A DNA stretch of 64,000 bases from Sphagnum compactum (GCA_965153455.1 OZ234493.1:10778213-10842212); one strand, 5' to 3'. Shown: positions 27,089 to 41,744, counted from the first letter of the stretch. The notes: generated by a model not told the origin, from the sequence alone. Made by a program: numbers and translations.

Positions 27089-27756
27089 TTGTTGTAATCA
27101 AAGTGGCTATGAAGCATAAAAAGAAGTAAATTTTTTTTTGTTTGGTCAAATAGGGTATAAACCAAATAGATTGAAAAGTTAAATTTAGGTTGTTTAATTA
27201 TTTTCTTTTTGCTTTATTTCAGTTCTTCTTTAAAGTGGATCTTCCAAGGACTATGATTATATAGACATAAAGTAAGTTTATTTTTGTTTTTAAATAAAAA
27301 GTTAATTTGCTTCATAACCAAAATGGCAATCAAGTATAGGAAGAAGTAAAAGAATTGGCGATCATTTTAATATGCATAGCCAAATCTGGCTATAAATCAA
27401 AATAAAAATTTATTTAGTTCATTTAGGAATTGTCATTTTTTATTATTTATTTCGCCAGAAAATGAGTTTTGCCACCAAAAACATCTTTTTTCTCTCCCCC
27501 CTTTTTCTTCTTCTCATCTCCCTCCTTTTCTGGTATCTTCTTCCCCCTTTTTTTTTTGGCAAGATATAAAAGAAAAGTTAAACAAAAAGGAAATCTAAAA
27601 AAAATCTAAAAGAAATGAGCTGTGCTGTTCCTTCTGAATTTTGGAAGATACAGTACAACATTGTTGACTCTACCTTCCGAATTTGGGAAGGCACAGTGAC
27701 AAATTTGGCCTGGGGAGCGACTTAAAAATACACTACTAAAAAATTAGAGGGACTTT
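26682..27756. mobile_element. Putative non-autonomous TIR element (~1.07 kb)
   Basis: Perfect 19-bp inverted repeat aaagtccctctaatttttt (26682-26700) / aaaaaattagagggacttt (27738-27756) around an AT-rich interior with internal repeats and (TA)n. No clear TSD. Confidence 0.5.
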
Positions 27757-29714
27757 CCGTGGATGTTAAGTTGGTGTGTAGTAAAAACAGAAACTAAACT
27801 GACCACTGCAGTTAGCTAGGAAACTGGAGCCCAATGGAAAAGTGTTTCCTGTCCACCCACTATCCATCCATCCATCCATCCATCCATCCATATTCAAGCT
27901 GGTGGGATGTTGGTTCATTTGTGCTCTTCTCAACAGCCTTCTAACTGACTCATGTTTGAACCCCATTCCTTGTCCTCCTGAGTGGATCCTCCTCCAGCTC
28001 CATCACTCTTGTTTTAAGCCAGTTTTAGGTTTCCTGAGGCAAGGACCATGTGACATCCACAGGATGAGCTATCAAAGCATTTTATCACCATTTCAAGGAG
28101 AGGCTTTGTGGAAGATAAGGCACATATATTGCAGTAATGCATATGCCAAAACAATGAATTTGCACTAATTCAATATTGTATTTACCATTGTGTGTGTATA
28201 TATATATATATTGACATTGAATTCCAGTGCATGCACTCAAAGGTTGGGAAAATGTTAAAAGCATGTACTCAAATTCTTGCAAAATCCAGCAAGGTCAATT
28301 GAAAAAAAAGAACTATTTGCACCTTGCCATTTTGAGAAGTATTTAACTTCAAACATCAGTGAATAATGACATGTATGGTATGTATAATTTTGTTTCAAAA
28401 ACAAGGTGAAAAAACTTGATATCCAATTCTTTGAATGTCTATAAACACTACTACCCCATGTAAAAAAAAAAGATTCGAGCAACTTTTTAGAATGTCTTAT
28501 TAATGAAAATTGTAAAACCACTTGTTAGAAAAATCAAAAACAAAATCTTATGGTGAAAGAGTGTGATTACTAAGTAAATTGATATATCGCGTTGTGTCAT
28601 TTCTATCGGAACAAGAAAGGATGTGGACATGAGTACCTCCTTGATCCATGGATAAAATCCCTGTTGGAGGAAGAAATCATGCTAACAAAATACTGCAAAA
28701 AAAAACTCTCACAAATGACACAAACAAAACTCAACAAACAAATTTTGGAAATGATGCAAACAGAGAAAAAAAACAAACAAATTTTGTAAACATGCTCTGA
28801 TGACAATTGAAAAACAATGCATGATGATTGGACTACCAAAGGCCAACCTCTAGACCTGCATTATTAGAGTGGGAACAGGTGAGAGATACACAAGTGGTAA
28901 ATCAGGACTATCTTAACAATCAGTGGATCAGCTAATAGAGACATTAGCTGTTTAGTAACATTCAGTTTGTGAGACGAGATTTTTTATTCACATTATACAA
29001 CATCTTTTGCTGAATGTTTTGAGAGTGAGGACAAAGACTTGCTTCAACTTGTGAAGCCTTCTCTATGTATATTGTTTAGCTCGGTAAATTTCAGTTTCTG
29101 AGTTTTTCTGTTTTTGAAGGCGCACATATTCAATCTAACTCAGTTTTTTTGTGTCTAGCATACTTATGTACTTTGTCCTCAAACTTCTAGTACCCATACT
29201 CCACATGCTTGGTGACCTTGAGCGATGATGACAAATTGCTGATGCCTTACCTGAACACAATATTAATGCCTGATCATCACATAACTCACCTGCAAAACAA
29301 TTGTCGCCCATCACATGCATGCGAGAGACAAAGAAAAAGCCATCCCAAATCTACACGGAAAGAAGCAAAGTACAAACGCAAAATGAACTTGTCATCATGG
29401 ACATCACATGATGCACAGGTCCAGCTACTTTAGCTGTAGTTCCCTGATGGTTCTTAGTGTTACAGAAATGCAAACCAAAATGTGAACAAAATGCAAATAC
29501 AGAATCAAATCAACAACCCCCAAATTAACAAAACCCAAAACCCTTAATCAATCACCAGGGAGACCACATAAACATCACTGCCATGACAAGACAGGACGTA
29601 ACCTTCCAAGATAACCTTCGAGAAACAAGCTGCCGGGTGAAGAAAGTTGTAATGTGCAATTACAACTATCAACTGCAAACAAAAAGACAACCAAATAGCC
29701 AACTACTTTTACTA

Positions 29715-32700
29715 CTAAGTAAGATTATCTCCTGCAACTTCAATCTCTTTGAGCTTGTTTTTCACATGGAGCAATAGCAGTGTCCTCCAATCATCCTGTG
29801 ACAATTTCCATCCAGAAAACCCCATTAATGAGTAATCCTTATCAAAAACTGTGTTAGAACACAAAATTTGACCAGGGTTGTCTGAATCCTCTTCTTCTTT
29901 TGTTCCTTTCTGAACCAGCCAACCAAACAACCTCCACATGCTAAGCATTTGTAAAACCTTCTCCATTAGCAGTGACCAGTTTACTAAGTGCCCCTATCTT
30001 TCAACCAAAGCTAATGTAGGTGAACACAGGGTTGATCACACATACAAGGCGAGTGAAACTATCAAAATCCTTCACCACATCAGTGAACTTCACCACGTCC
30101 ACATCTTCTATGGTTTGTACCAAATCCTGTATCTCCCCAAGGTACAAATGAACCAACACTTACCAATAAATCTTCAACATGTTTGTAGGGACTCAAAACA
30201 CAAGTTCTATATCAGCACATAAGATACAATTGCACATAAGTTGCAATTGGAGTCTTCAGTTTGTCCAACCATTACATTGAAAGCATGTAGCTCATTCTTA
30301 TGTGGGAGACAAGATTTACTTAAAGATGCTAATCCAAGAGACTGCATAAGAATATAGTTCACCATACAATTAGTGTTATGGACTATCTATGGTGTACCAT
30401 TTCTATGCTAATGTATGGTAAACCAAGCTAGGTGTTTGTAGACAACAATAATAACAGATTGGCATTATGAACATTTAACACATATGTTGAACTAGAGGAT
30501 CCACCAAGAGGGTTTGGGGTGCAACAAAAAGAGCATTAATGGGAAAGAACATACCACTACAAACTTGCCTTCACGTGTGCTTAAGAAATTTGGATCTATA
30601 TCCTGCAAGTTTCAGATTCATATTCAACCAGAAAATTTCCACATCCCTGTTCTTCTTTCTTTTTTTTCCAACATCCACAAGGAAGTCACTACAGTAGCAG
30701 CCAGCCTATTTTTATGCAATATATTCACCTCTCAAACAAAAACTAAAATGTCAGCATAATATTACCACCCTACAAGTAGTAGCAGTCTTCACAATGTTCA
30801 GGGTTGACAAATTCCATAAATCTATAGTAGTTTTTATCCAAACACTTATGGAGATTGAAGAAATTGGATATGTAGCCTTCAAGGAAACAAGTACCAACTC
30901 ACCTCATATCTTTGAACAGCATGGTTGATGGCAACTGAATCCCCGGTACATAGCTGGCAAAGAGCAGCATTTAATAAATGTGTTTTTACACTATACTTGA
31001 GCAGATTACTATCTATGGACTGTCTTGCCACTGTTTCAAAGATGTCAATCGCCCTTGGATACCTGCCACAGCTCTAATTGTATCAACATGACATGATTCC
31101 TAGTATATATATTCATAGCCTCATGACTTGAGCTTCAAGCAAGAAATACAAAAGTTTGCAAAATCACAAGTGACTGGAATTCTGGATCATAAGATAAGGG
31201 TGCACATCTCAGCCCTGCACAATGAAGGAAAGAACAAGAAGAGGGAAAAAAAGGGTTGTTAGATTTTACATTTGCATGTTTTTCTGTATATTTGTGAGCG
31301 TTGTTATGAATTCATCTTATGAGCATGAGATTAGTGTGTTCATGACCAAGCTTTAGCATATATTTTGTACTGAACCTGATGAACTGAGAAGGAAACAGCA
31401 GCTATGAGCAGCACTCACTGTTGTAATTGGGCAGCAAATTGAGCCACCTTCAATTTGCATTGAGTGCCACTGCTGTTGACCTCTTCACCAGAGAAGAGTT
31501 CTGCAGCTTTGTCAAAATATTCCATAGCCCTCTCAGCATTCTCTTGCTTTTCAAAAATCTCCCCAATTTCCTGCACATTTCCAAACCACAGATATAATAG
31601 TTCATATTGCAGATTGCATTCGGATCTGTTCACATTGTACCACAGGCCACAATATGTCTTCAGCAGCAGCCAGTTGAACCTAATTAGTCGTGCTACCTTG
31701 TAATGCCTTGCAGCAATGGAGAGGCGCCCAATCTCCAAAAAAAGAGCTATTGCTGCTTCCAAACACCTTACTGCTTCTGCCACTCAACCCTTAAAAAACC
31801 CATCACCATTTGCTGAAGCACACATATACCAGGCAAAAGACAGAACGCAAACATGCACTCTCAGAAATGTTACATAAGCAGACCTGGAAATTTGCAAATA
31901 GGGAAGATATCCCAAGAGCATCCACAATTGAACTCTATTTTCACAAATTTGAAGGAAACACAAAATTATGAAGATACCCAAGGAGCCTTTCTTTCTTTTC
32001 TGGAATGATCTGCTATTGAGCAATTATGCTAGATATTCTCACAAGGGTACAAAACTGATACTAGTACACAACATTGCATCAATGAGTTAGTCTCACCCAA
32101 GGGTTGAGACTTTTTGAAACAAAGAGCTGCATCAACATAGGCTGCAGCTGCATCATGTTTGCTCTCCAACTGCCTACACCAAACACCATTCACATATGAG
32201 GTATATATATCACCTCCTAATCATATATATCACCTCAGAATCCATGCTCCTGATCTTGGACCAAAAGTGTTCAAGATTACATAATCCCTTGGCAGGGGTG
32301 CCTTACCCTATACTGAAAGGTCTTAGCCCACAATCTGCCTTGTTTTGTTGTTTCTACATTGTTTCCATTGTGATATATGTCTACATAGAAGGTGAAAATT
32401 AAAAGCAATTTGAGTCCACAATAATCTTTTCATGCTATTTTACTGCAGCAAATTTGACACTAATAAGAGCTCACGAACCTTGATCTGGCAGTCCGCAAGC
32501 TTTATATACGCTGCTGCTGCTCTGTCCCCTGTATACACACCCCAGCATATTCCACAGGAATGAAGAGATTTGTTTGTTTGTTTTCAAAGCTCTCAAGAAA
32601 TTTCAAAGAGTTTCAGAGCAATAAGCAATTTCCAGAGTTCAGTTCTGCTTTCAAAGCTCGCAAGAAATCTCTAAGAGTTTCGAGCAATCAACAGTTTCGA

Positions 32701-33427
32701 GAGTTTTGTTATTAAAGATCGCAAGAAATCTCTAAGAGTTTCGAGCAGTAAATGGTTTCGAGAGTTCTGTTGTCAAAGATCGCAAGAAGTTTCAAAGAGT
32801 TTCGCGTAATAAACAGTTTCCAGATTTCTGTTTTCGAAGATCGCAAGAAATCTCAAAGATTTCGAGCAACAAACAATTTCTAGCGAGTTATGCTTTCAAA
32901 GCTCACAAGAAGTCTCAAAGAATTTCGAGCAATAAACGGTTTCGAGAGTTCTGTTGTCACAGATCGCAGGAAGTTCCAAAGAGTTTCGCGCAATAACGAG
33001 TTTCCAAAGTTCTGTTTTCAAAGATAGCAAGAAATCTCAAAGAGTTTCGAGCAGCAAACAATTTCTAGCAAATTCTGTTTTCAAAGTTCGCAAGAAATTT
33101 CAAAGAGTTTCTCGAGCAACAAACACTTCTAGAGTTTCTGTTGTCAAGGATCGCAAGAAATTTCGAAAAGTTTCTCGACCGACAAACATTTCTAGAGTTT
33201 CTGTTGTCAAAGATCGCAAGAAAACATTTCCGAATACAGGATAGGCAAGTAAAATGCAGCAAGCAAGGATTCTTCTTACACGATTTGGCCAATTTGAAAG
33301 AGTTGCCAGCTTTCTCCAGCAGATCAGCAGCGTCCTCATATTTGCCGCCTAAGATCCCCCAGCTCTTGAGCTTCTTCTCTGCTTTGTCTTCATACTCTGC
33401 GCCACTCGCCTCCAAATTTTCGCCCAT
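29715..33427 (-). CDS. Alpha-soluble NSF attachment protein (alpha-SNAP); exons 33427-33280, 32528-32479, 32169-32097, 31776-31697, 31570-31419, 31062-30903, 30602-30555, 30126-30046, 29795-29715 (290 aa)
   Basis: [89 protein letters not shown], and a DNLT* C-terminus. Exons total 873 nt with canonical splice sites. Confidence 0.95.
32575..33230. repeat. Intronic minisatellite, ~61-62 bp unit, ~10 copies
   Basis: Repeated gagttctgttgtcaaagatcgcaagaaatttcaaagagtttcgagcaataaacagtttc-like units fill alpha-SNAP intron 1. Confidence 0.9.
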
Positions 33428-34619
33428 TCTCAAACCACCGATATATATATATAAGTCAAATGAAAAATCTTCCCTTTCCGAAATAGCAAAACGGACGGTC
33501 CTCACAGTAAACAACAACAACAACAACAGCCAAACCAAGGAAGAGCAACCAGGCATTCATGTTCACTGAGGTGGAGATCCAACGAAGGATTTTGATTTTC
33601 GTTTGCAATTCCATCAAATGTGGATCAAATTTTGCAAGACTTGGTTCAAAAGAAGCGCAGAAGAGAATAGGTGTGGGAACGAGAGAAGTCTGAAACATGG
33701 GAGGAGGGAGAAAAAAAAACACTATCACAGGGAGAAAAAGTAAGGAGCAAAGGGACTCCGATTTCCTCTTGTCCTCGGCAGCCGCAACTCTTCACGCAGC
33801 AACCATCTTCCAAAGACGGGTCTGGTCGAACTTCAGGTACCCACTGCGCGCGCGCCCCCACACACACACACACACACATACCCTGCGGGTAAATATCGGG
33901 TATAAGTAACTGACAAGCAGTGCTCATTCCATAATGGCTCTGCATTTAAATCACATCCATCAGGATGATAAAAGTTCAACATACTAACAGCATCCCCCAC
34001 TGGTGCTCAGTATGTCACTCTGGATAATAAAATTAAATGTCTAAGTTTAGCTGTTTTTTTTTTCTGGCAACCCCACCAATGAAACTGTAACTGGAACTGC
34101 ACATACGTGGGGACTACTAATGGCACGTATTTCACTGACGAGTAATGGAAACTGATATATGGGGGAATTTTGTTTTTGGAATCCTTTGTATGTCATCCAT
34201 GAACCATTCTGAAGACAAATTCAGAAATAACTATCTCATTTTCAAGCCTAACTATTTCATTTATAAAAAAAAGAATTACTTCCTTTTCTTAATTACTTTC
34301 TTAATAACTATCTCTCAGCTTTCCTAATAACTATCTCCATTTTGTTATTATCTCACTCTCTTTCCCTATTTTTGTTTGTTTTTTTTTGGTTTTAGTGATG
34401 CCTAAGAAATTGAATGTTGGGTATCCCCAAAACTAATTAATATGAGACATATACCATTAAATACACTACACAAGTATACTTTCATATATATTTTTTCTCT
34501 ACCTTAAAGGGCAAAGCCAATAAAAATGGTGAAAGGTGAATCCAGCACCTCTTATTCAATTGAAATGGTAAGGTGATTTGTATTAATTGGTTCATGGGTC
34601 ACTCACACTTTGCTTTTCT

Positions 34620-35470
34620 TTTGTGTGTGAGGATTGGCCCATCACCAATTTGTTTGGAATACTTAGGTGCTTCTCAATAGAAGCGACTATTTGGACCCCA
34701 ATTGCAAAATAGAAACCAATGCACTCCCCTTTTCAGTTTATATACATGAGAGTTGAATTTGGCCAAACCATATGGCCTAAAATTGAGGTGCTATTGGGAA
34801 CATCTTGAGGAACAACTTGAGAACTTGAGGAACCTCATGAAACATGATGAGAACACGTTGGGAACACATTGGGAACCAAGGGGGGTGGAAAAAAAAAATC
34901 ACCCCACCCCACCCCCAAAAGGGAAAAATTGGACCCATCGTGAGTGCATGTTGAGCCTTCTCATTAGCTGAATGAAATATCTATTTCCAAAAATTGTCAG
35001 TCACCATTTTTGGCCTAGGCTAATGGCAAGGGCAGAATTTTGGGGACATAATACCCCCATCATAAACTTGGGGTACTTATTATTTTGTTTCATATTAATT
35101 AATTAGTTGGGGGTGCCTCACAAGTCCAACTTTTTTTTCTTTTTTTTGTTTGCAATGAGCCAATTTCATTGGCCCATCACCCCCAAAAAAAAAAAAAGTT
35201 GAAACTATGGAGGTTCCCAAAGATTCTATTGAAAGATAAAGTGCCTCCCCCTTTGGCCCAGGTAGATAGGTGAAAATGGGAGGACTTTGGGCAAAACATA
35301 TGGGATTAAAGCGAGGTGCTATTGGGAACACCCTTGGCGAACACATTGGGAACCTGATGGGAACTTGAAAGGAACATGGTGGGAACAAAGGAATTTTTTT
35401 TTAAATCCTCCCCCCTCAACCCAAAACATAAAAGAAAATAATCAAGGCACTTTGAGTGCATGTTGAGCCA
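34620..35470. repeat. Dispersed repeat copies (gaggtgctattgggaaca...ttgggaac family)
   Basis: Two diverged direct copies (~34760-34960 and ~35290-35470) share gaggtgctattgggaaca, gaacacattgggaac and tgagtgcatgttgagcc. Confidence 0.6.
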
Positions 35471-37345
35471 TACTTATTTTATTTAATTTGTTCACAATTT
35501 GTAGCAAACTGGTTTTATCCAATTTGGTAAAATTGTAAACCACACATCATCAAACTTCCTCCACTTTGGTTTGGCACATAACAACATGGGTGTGGCCCTT
35601 GCTTATCAACAAATTAGTGAGTGGGCTTCCCTCTCACCAATTCCTTGTATGTGTCAATAACATCACCATTAGGATAATCAACAACATTCCTATGTCTATC
35701 AACAAAATACTCAATAATGTTTAGGATTGCTAGTTCATTTAGATGCCTTGGTAAAAGCTAAACACCAAAATCGATAGAGAATTGCATAAGATTAAAGTCA
35801 TCAATATTCATAGTTTTTCACTCTTTACAACCTTTAATTTTTAAAAATTTGCATGAAAAATGACCAAAACTAAAGTTAAGCCCAACATGTGACGATTGTC
35901 CAAAAATATAAAAATCATAAGCCAACAATTTTTTTTCTTCTCCAATTGTTAGCACATCAAACCTCTCGATGGTCTTTACAAGACCGACCTCTAACGCTTT
36001 TATATATGTTTCATCCCTTGCTACCTTTACTTGATAATATTGAACATTTGTGAGAATGTTAAATGGTGTTGAAGGCACCCTCCCAATTTCAACATATACA
36101 TTGAACTTGTTTTTGCCAAATAACCTTTTCAATGTCACAAACTAACACTTGGATGTTAAATTACAAAAGAAAACAAGAGAAAAACACATTAAAAAAAAAT
36201 TATGAAAACATTAAACCAACCCAAAGACTTGAACCAATTTCTTGCTAGAAGGTACAACTTGCCATCTTGTTTTGCCACTTAAGGACAAATAAGGCTAACA
36301 TCTACAAGGCTCTTCGTAGTATCTTCATTCTCATATAAATCTATTATAATTTTTTTAATATCAAAACCTCAAAATCACCTCCCCTCATCAACAGCATTTT
36401 TGACTTATAGTTTATCATATTTGTTTACTCTATTTCTTCCCTTCCTAACATTCTTCACCACTATCACATTATCATCATGGAATTGAAACTTTGAACATTC
36501 ATCATGCTTAATTTTGAATTTGAAATCACAAAGATGTTCAAATCTAGTAACAACAATGAAATCACAATTAAGATGATCAACAAAGTGATTACCTCAAATA
36601 ATAACATAAGTTCTCAACATTAAAAGACACAATAAAAATTTGTGAAAATAACAACATTATCTTCAAGATTTTGAAAAGGAGATTGAAAATTTTCAAGAGA
36701 TTGCAAAAAAAATCAAAAATATCGTTGAACCACAAGTGTATAAATAAATTGGGTTACTCATGTTCACACTCTTTGACATCAATAAATTGAATTGATGTCA
36801 TTTCAAGCAAACAATTTGTCTCAACAACATGACTTGGAAAACCATTGTTACAAAGGTTCTTTGAACTTGGTTCATAGACAAAAGACATGGAACAAAAACA
36901 TAAACAAAAGAAAATTGCAAATCACAAAGCAAAAGCTCAAAAGAACGATTTAAAACTTCCCTTAAAAAATAATTTAAGTAACAAATGAGATTTGTAAAAT
37001 CTCTTTGCCACAAAATACAATAATCCAAAGAAGCCAAGTTGCATCAATGGTTTGCCAACACCACAAAATGAAGGCAAAATGATAGCACACAAAACATTTG
37101 ATTAATAGAAGCAAAGGTGCACATAGCAAATTGTTAATGTTGATCTCACAAGCAATGGTGCACAAAATAAATAAGCATCAATGGACCTCATAAGTGATGA
37201 AGAAAATTAAAACATTGGACATAAAAAAATAAAAAACCATTTCCCCCACTAAAACCAAAAGAAACAAGATTTTTAAAAATGCAAATCACCAAGCAAATGG
37301 CAAGAACACAAATCAAAAACTTAAATGAAGAACAAGAAAGAAAAA

Positions 37346-40300
37346 TGTAAGAAACTTAAAGATTTACACACCTCAAATTACCTAGTGGATAGATTAAATC
37401 AATGGATAAATTCATATGTACATGCAATTTATTATATCAATATAAAAAGAGCATGTTCACTCATTTATCACGATTACAAGAAAGTTGATTAGCAAGGAAA
37501 ACATGTTCCTTGGTTTAACATCATAATAAGAAAGTTAATTAGCACTAATTCATAGGTTAGAATAATGTTTTTGATGTATAGAACAAGGCAATCTTGTGTA
37601 ATATATTCACAATTAGTTTCTAATCCCAAGTAAGTACACACAACTTTGTGATTTTTTTCATGATATCAAAGCAAGTTAGACAAAGGACCCGAGAGAAAAA
37701 GAATAATTACTAGATGAACACCACTCCCTTTGAACTTAGCTAGTTGCGCATTGTAGCAATAGATGGATCTACAAAGAATTAAAGCTATAGATGGTGAGGA
37801 AGAGATCCAATCACAAATGTTTGGAAAAGTAAAAAAAAATCATCACCGTAGTATTGTAGGATGGTGGGGAATGGGAACATTTAAATCAATGATATGACAA
37901 GTTGGGTGGAACCAACTATGGACCATGGAGATTTTGATTCAAAAACATCATGATTCAAGAAAATGCATACCATTACGTGGTTCCTAATCCAAGCAAAGTT
38001 GTAGGGAAGATCTTATTACCATTGCACAAGGACAGTAGAAAGTAATGATGACCATCAACTTGTCAACTAAAAATGAAATTATTTCATACATATGAGATAT
38101 CAATGATATAGCCAAGGCCTAGAAGAAACTTCAAAGCTTGTTTGATATAAAGTCCACAATTAAAAGACTAATGTTCCATAAGTTGCAAGGCATTTTGCAT
38201 GGAAGAAGGGGGAAATGCGAATAAGTTCCTTCTCATGGTAAAAGATTTTATTATCTAGTTAGCACATATTAATGATGCAATTAGTTAGGAAAATGTTGTA
38301 CAAACTGTTTTGAATGCACTCCTAGAAATTTACACAAGATTCATGTAGGATTGCAACACAATATGATGTTCCCAACTTTGACAAGTTGGTAAGAAAGCTA
38401 TTGAATGAATTACACTGCAAATAACTTTAAAAAATTTAAACATCATGATGACAAAGCCTTGTTGATGAAGTTTTAACAATTACAAACCATCAATGGAAAG
38501 AAAAAAAAAGCTTGGAGAGGTCAAACGAACAATTAAAGGAAGGTCCTTCAATTGTGGACAACATGGCCATTGGGCCAAAAATTGTAACAAGGATCCTAAA
38601 AAGATAGACAAATAAAAAGGTAAGTAGAAGGAGATCAAGGAAACTGTTAATTCAATACATCATGAACAAAACAAAAACATGTCAAAGGGATCACGAACAT
38701 GTTTGAAATGGTGGTAGTTGAAATAGATGAACCAAAGTCTAGGTACTTTGGTTTAGGAATTTCTAAACACATCACTAGCAATAAATAATGCTAAAAAATA
38801 AAAACAATCCGTAGATTGAATCTGAATCAAAACAACTAGAGGTCACACTCATTTTGTTCAAGGAAAGGGTGATGTCAACTTTTGAACCATCTTTGGAATA
38901 AAGACAATAACTAATATTTATTATGTCCCAATACTCATTAAAAATAGTTAATTTGTTTGTACGATAACTAATAATGGATACACCATCATGTTTGATGTTC
39001 AACAATGCATACTAACAAAAACAAAACAATTTAACAAAATTGTAACCAAAGGTTAGAGGAACTACAACTTGCATTGTTTCAAATGTCAATGTTTGTCAAA
39101 AACGTAATAGGTGATTAGCCTTTCCAAAGTGGAATTATGGCACATAAGAACTGACCATTTAAACTACCAAACTTTACACTTAATAGGACCACATAATCTA
39201 ATAATAGGGATTCCCAAGTTACCACAAATCAATCCTCTATGTGTTGGCTACCTACATGGCAAGTAGACAAGGGAAAATTTACTTAAAACATCCACTTGTA
39301 AAACATCACCACTCCAATCGGTGCACACTTATTTGTTTGGTCCTATGTCAATGCCCTTGTTGTTAAGATAAAAATATTTCATTAGTTTTATTGAAAATTT
39401 TAATAAGAAAACATCCATATACTTCTTCAAAATTGTTTGAAATTTTAGATGTGTTTAAAATTTACAACAAATAAGTAGAAAACCAAACTAAATAAAGGAT
39501 TAAAATTTTAGATATGATCATGAGGGAGAGCTTATTTCAAGAACTTTAGTAATTTTTTGTGAAGAGTAGGGATATGGAGACAATTTACAACTATTAGAAC
39601 AACAAAACATAAAGGGATTGTAAAATGAAAAAATTGAACCATTGTTGAAAAGGCCAAGAGTATGTACATTGAAAGTGGAACACCAAAGGCCCTTTGGTTT
39701 AAAGCAATCAAAACAAATTATTTGGTCAACAAAACTCTTGCAAAAGAAAATTTAGGAAAGTTTTTGAAAGAACTTTCATCGATTTTAAACCCATATTGCA
39801 ACACCTTCACATTTTTGGGTGTGAAGCTTTTATAGGGACACATCTCCAAGGAACAACATAAGAAATTATACTTGAAGACAATTCAATGTGTTTTCATGGG
39901 TTACAATGAACAAACCAAAAGTTATTGATGTTTGAATCCACTCACAAAAAAATGATCATCTTGTGTGATGTATGTTTCAATGAACAACAAATAGTTCTTT
40001 TTACCTTTTGTGCATACGTAGAGTGAAAATCACTAATGCCTACAAATGTAGAAGCCATTAAACCCATTGTTAGCAAATCCAAACAAAAAAGAAAATTATG
40101 GGACCTTCCGTACCAATGTAATTACGGAACTTTGATTAGTTAAAACAATTGGACTAAGGTAACATGAACACATCGTTTGTCTCAACATCCATAAGGAATC
40201 AGTCACAACGTCTAAGGTCACCAAGTGTGCCAAAACACCCAAAACAATTGCCAATTAACTTTAAACATGTTAAAACAGTGACATTGAAATAGTTTCTAAA

Positions 40301-41744
40301 AGCTTAGTACTAGAAAATGGATGAGCATTTGTTAAAAAAAGGACATACGATAATAAAGTCTAAGTACAATTTGTACTTCACAAATAATGAAGATCTTTTT
40401 GTGCTTCTCATTTTATATGTAGATGATATGTTAATAACATGAAATGACACCAAGAAAATTGAATGAATTAAGGAAGAGTTAAACATACATTTGAGATGAA
40501 CGATTTTGGTTAGCACTAATAGTATTTGGGTGTGGGTTTAATTTCTCATTGTTAGGTGTATTTATGATTCAAAAGACATATGTAAAAAAAATATTGAAAC
40601 ATTTTGGAATGTTGAGTAGCAACCCAACCAAATTACCCATGGTAGAAGGCATTAAGTTAGAAATTAACATGGGAGAACAATAAATAATTGCAACCCAATA
40701 TAAACAAGTAGTCTAGAAGCTAATTAATTTGATTAACTCTAGACTTGACATAGTTTATGCAATCAACGTAGTCAATAGGTTCATGATTAAACAACAAAAA
40801 CCCCATATGCAAACAATAAAACAAATCTTAAAATATTTGTGAGGAACCTTGGACTTTAGCATAATTTATTGCAAGAATGAACACGTCAATTTCAAAGGCT
40901 TCATTTATTCGGATTGGGTAGGAGATGTAGAGATAAAAAGACTCACAAGTGGATATGTGTTCACATTAGGAATATCACTTGTGACTTGGTGTCAAAACGA
41001 TAATCCAAAATTGTTCTTTCATGTATAGAAGCAAAATATAACTACCTTGCAGATGGAGTTAAAGAAACAAGGTGGTAACGAAGGTTGGGATAGGAGATAA
41101 GATTCTTTAGAACACAAGCAATTCCACTAATGTGTGACAATCAAAGTAACATCAAGATTGTCAAAAACCTTGTTTTTCACATTAGGACGAAACACATTGA
41201 AGTGCAATATCACTTCATAAGAGAGAAAGTTTTGCATGTGGAGAGACAAACTTTAGTTATGTTTCAACAAATGAACAATTAATATATTCACAAAGTTATT
41301 AAGTATAATCAAATTTGAATCAATGAGAAATATGCTCCAAAATCAAAGTTCAAAAAAACTTGAGAATCATGTATGTAAAAAAACACAATCAAAGTTAAAA
41401 TAATTTAAGGTGTGAGGGATTGTGTAAGAAACCAAAAGATGTACATGCCTCAAATTACTACTCAATAGATAGATTAGATCAAAGGATAAGTTCATTTATA
41501 TATGCAATTAATTGCACTAATAGAAAGACAAGCATGTTCATTAATTTAACATGATTATAGGAAATATGATTAGTAGGAAAACATGTTCATTGGTTTGGCG
41601 TAATAATAGGAAAGCTAATCAACACTAGTTCACATGTTAAGATAAGGTCTTTGACGTATAAGGCAAGTCAATCTTGTGTATGATATTCACTATTTTTTTT
41701 CTTCTAATCCCAAGCAAATACACACAACTTTCTCATTTTGTTCA
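37346..41744 (+). mobile_element. Decayed Ty1/Copia LTR retrotransposon: 5' LTR 37346-37660, 3' LTR 41423-41744
   Basis: Both LTRs begin tgtaagaaac and end ...ttca with collinear similarity. PBS-like tgatatcaaagc at 37661-37672; purine tract before the 3' LTR. Relic motifs in Copia order: Zn knuckle CGQHGHWAKNC (~38553), LWHIRTDHLN and VHTYLFGPM (pre-integrase/integrase), LYVDDMLI (RT ~40410), YSDWVGD and CDNQS...RTKHIEVQYHFIRE (RNase H). Confidence 0.92.

Noticed and set aside
32570-33230. CRISPR-like appearance of the regular repeat, and the ORFs 32954-33244 and 33065-33556 running through it
   Set aside because: Eukaryotic intron with no unique spacers and no cas genes; the ORFs are by-products of the repeat or read-through from exon 1.
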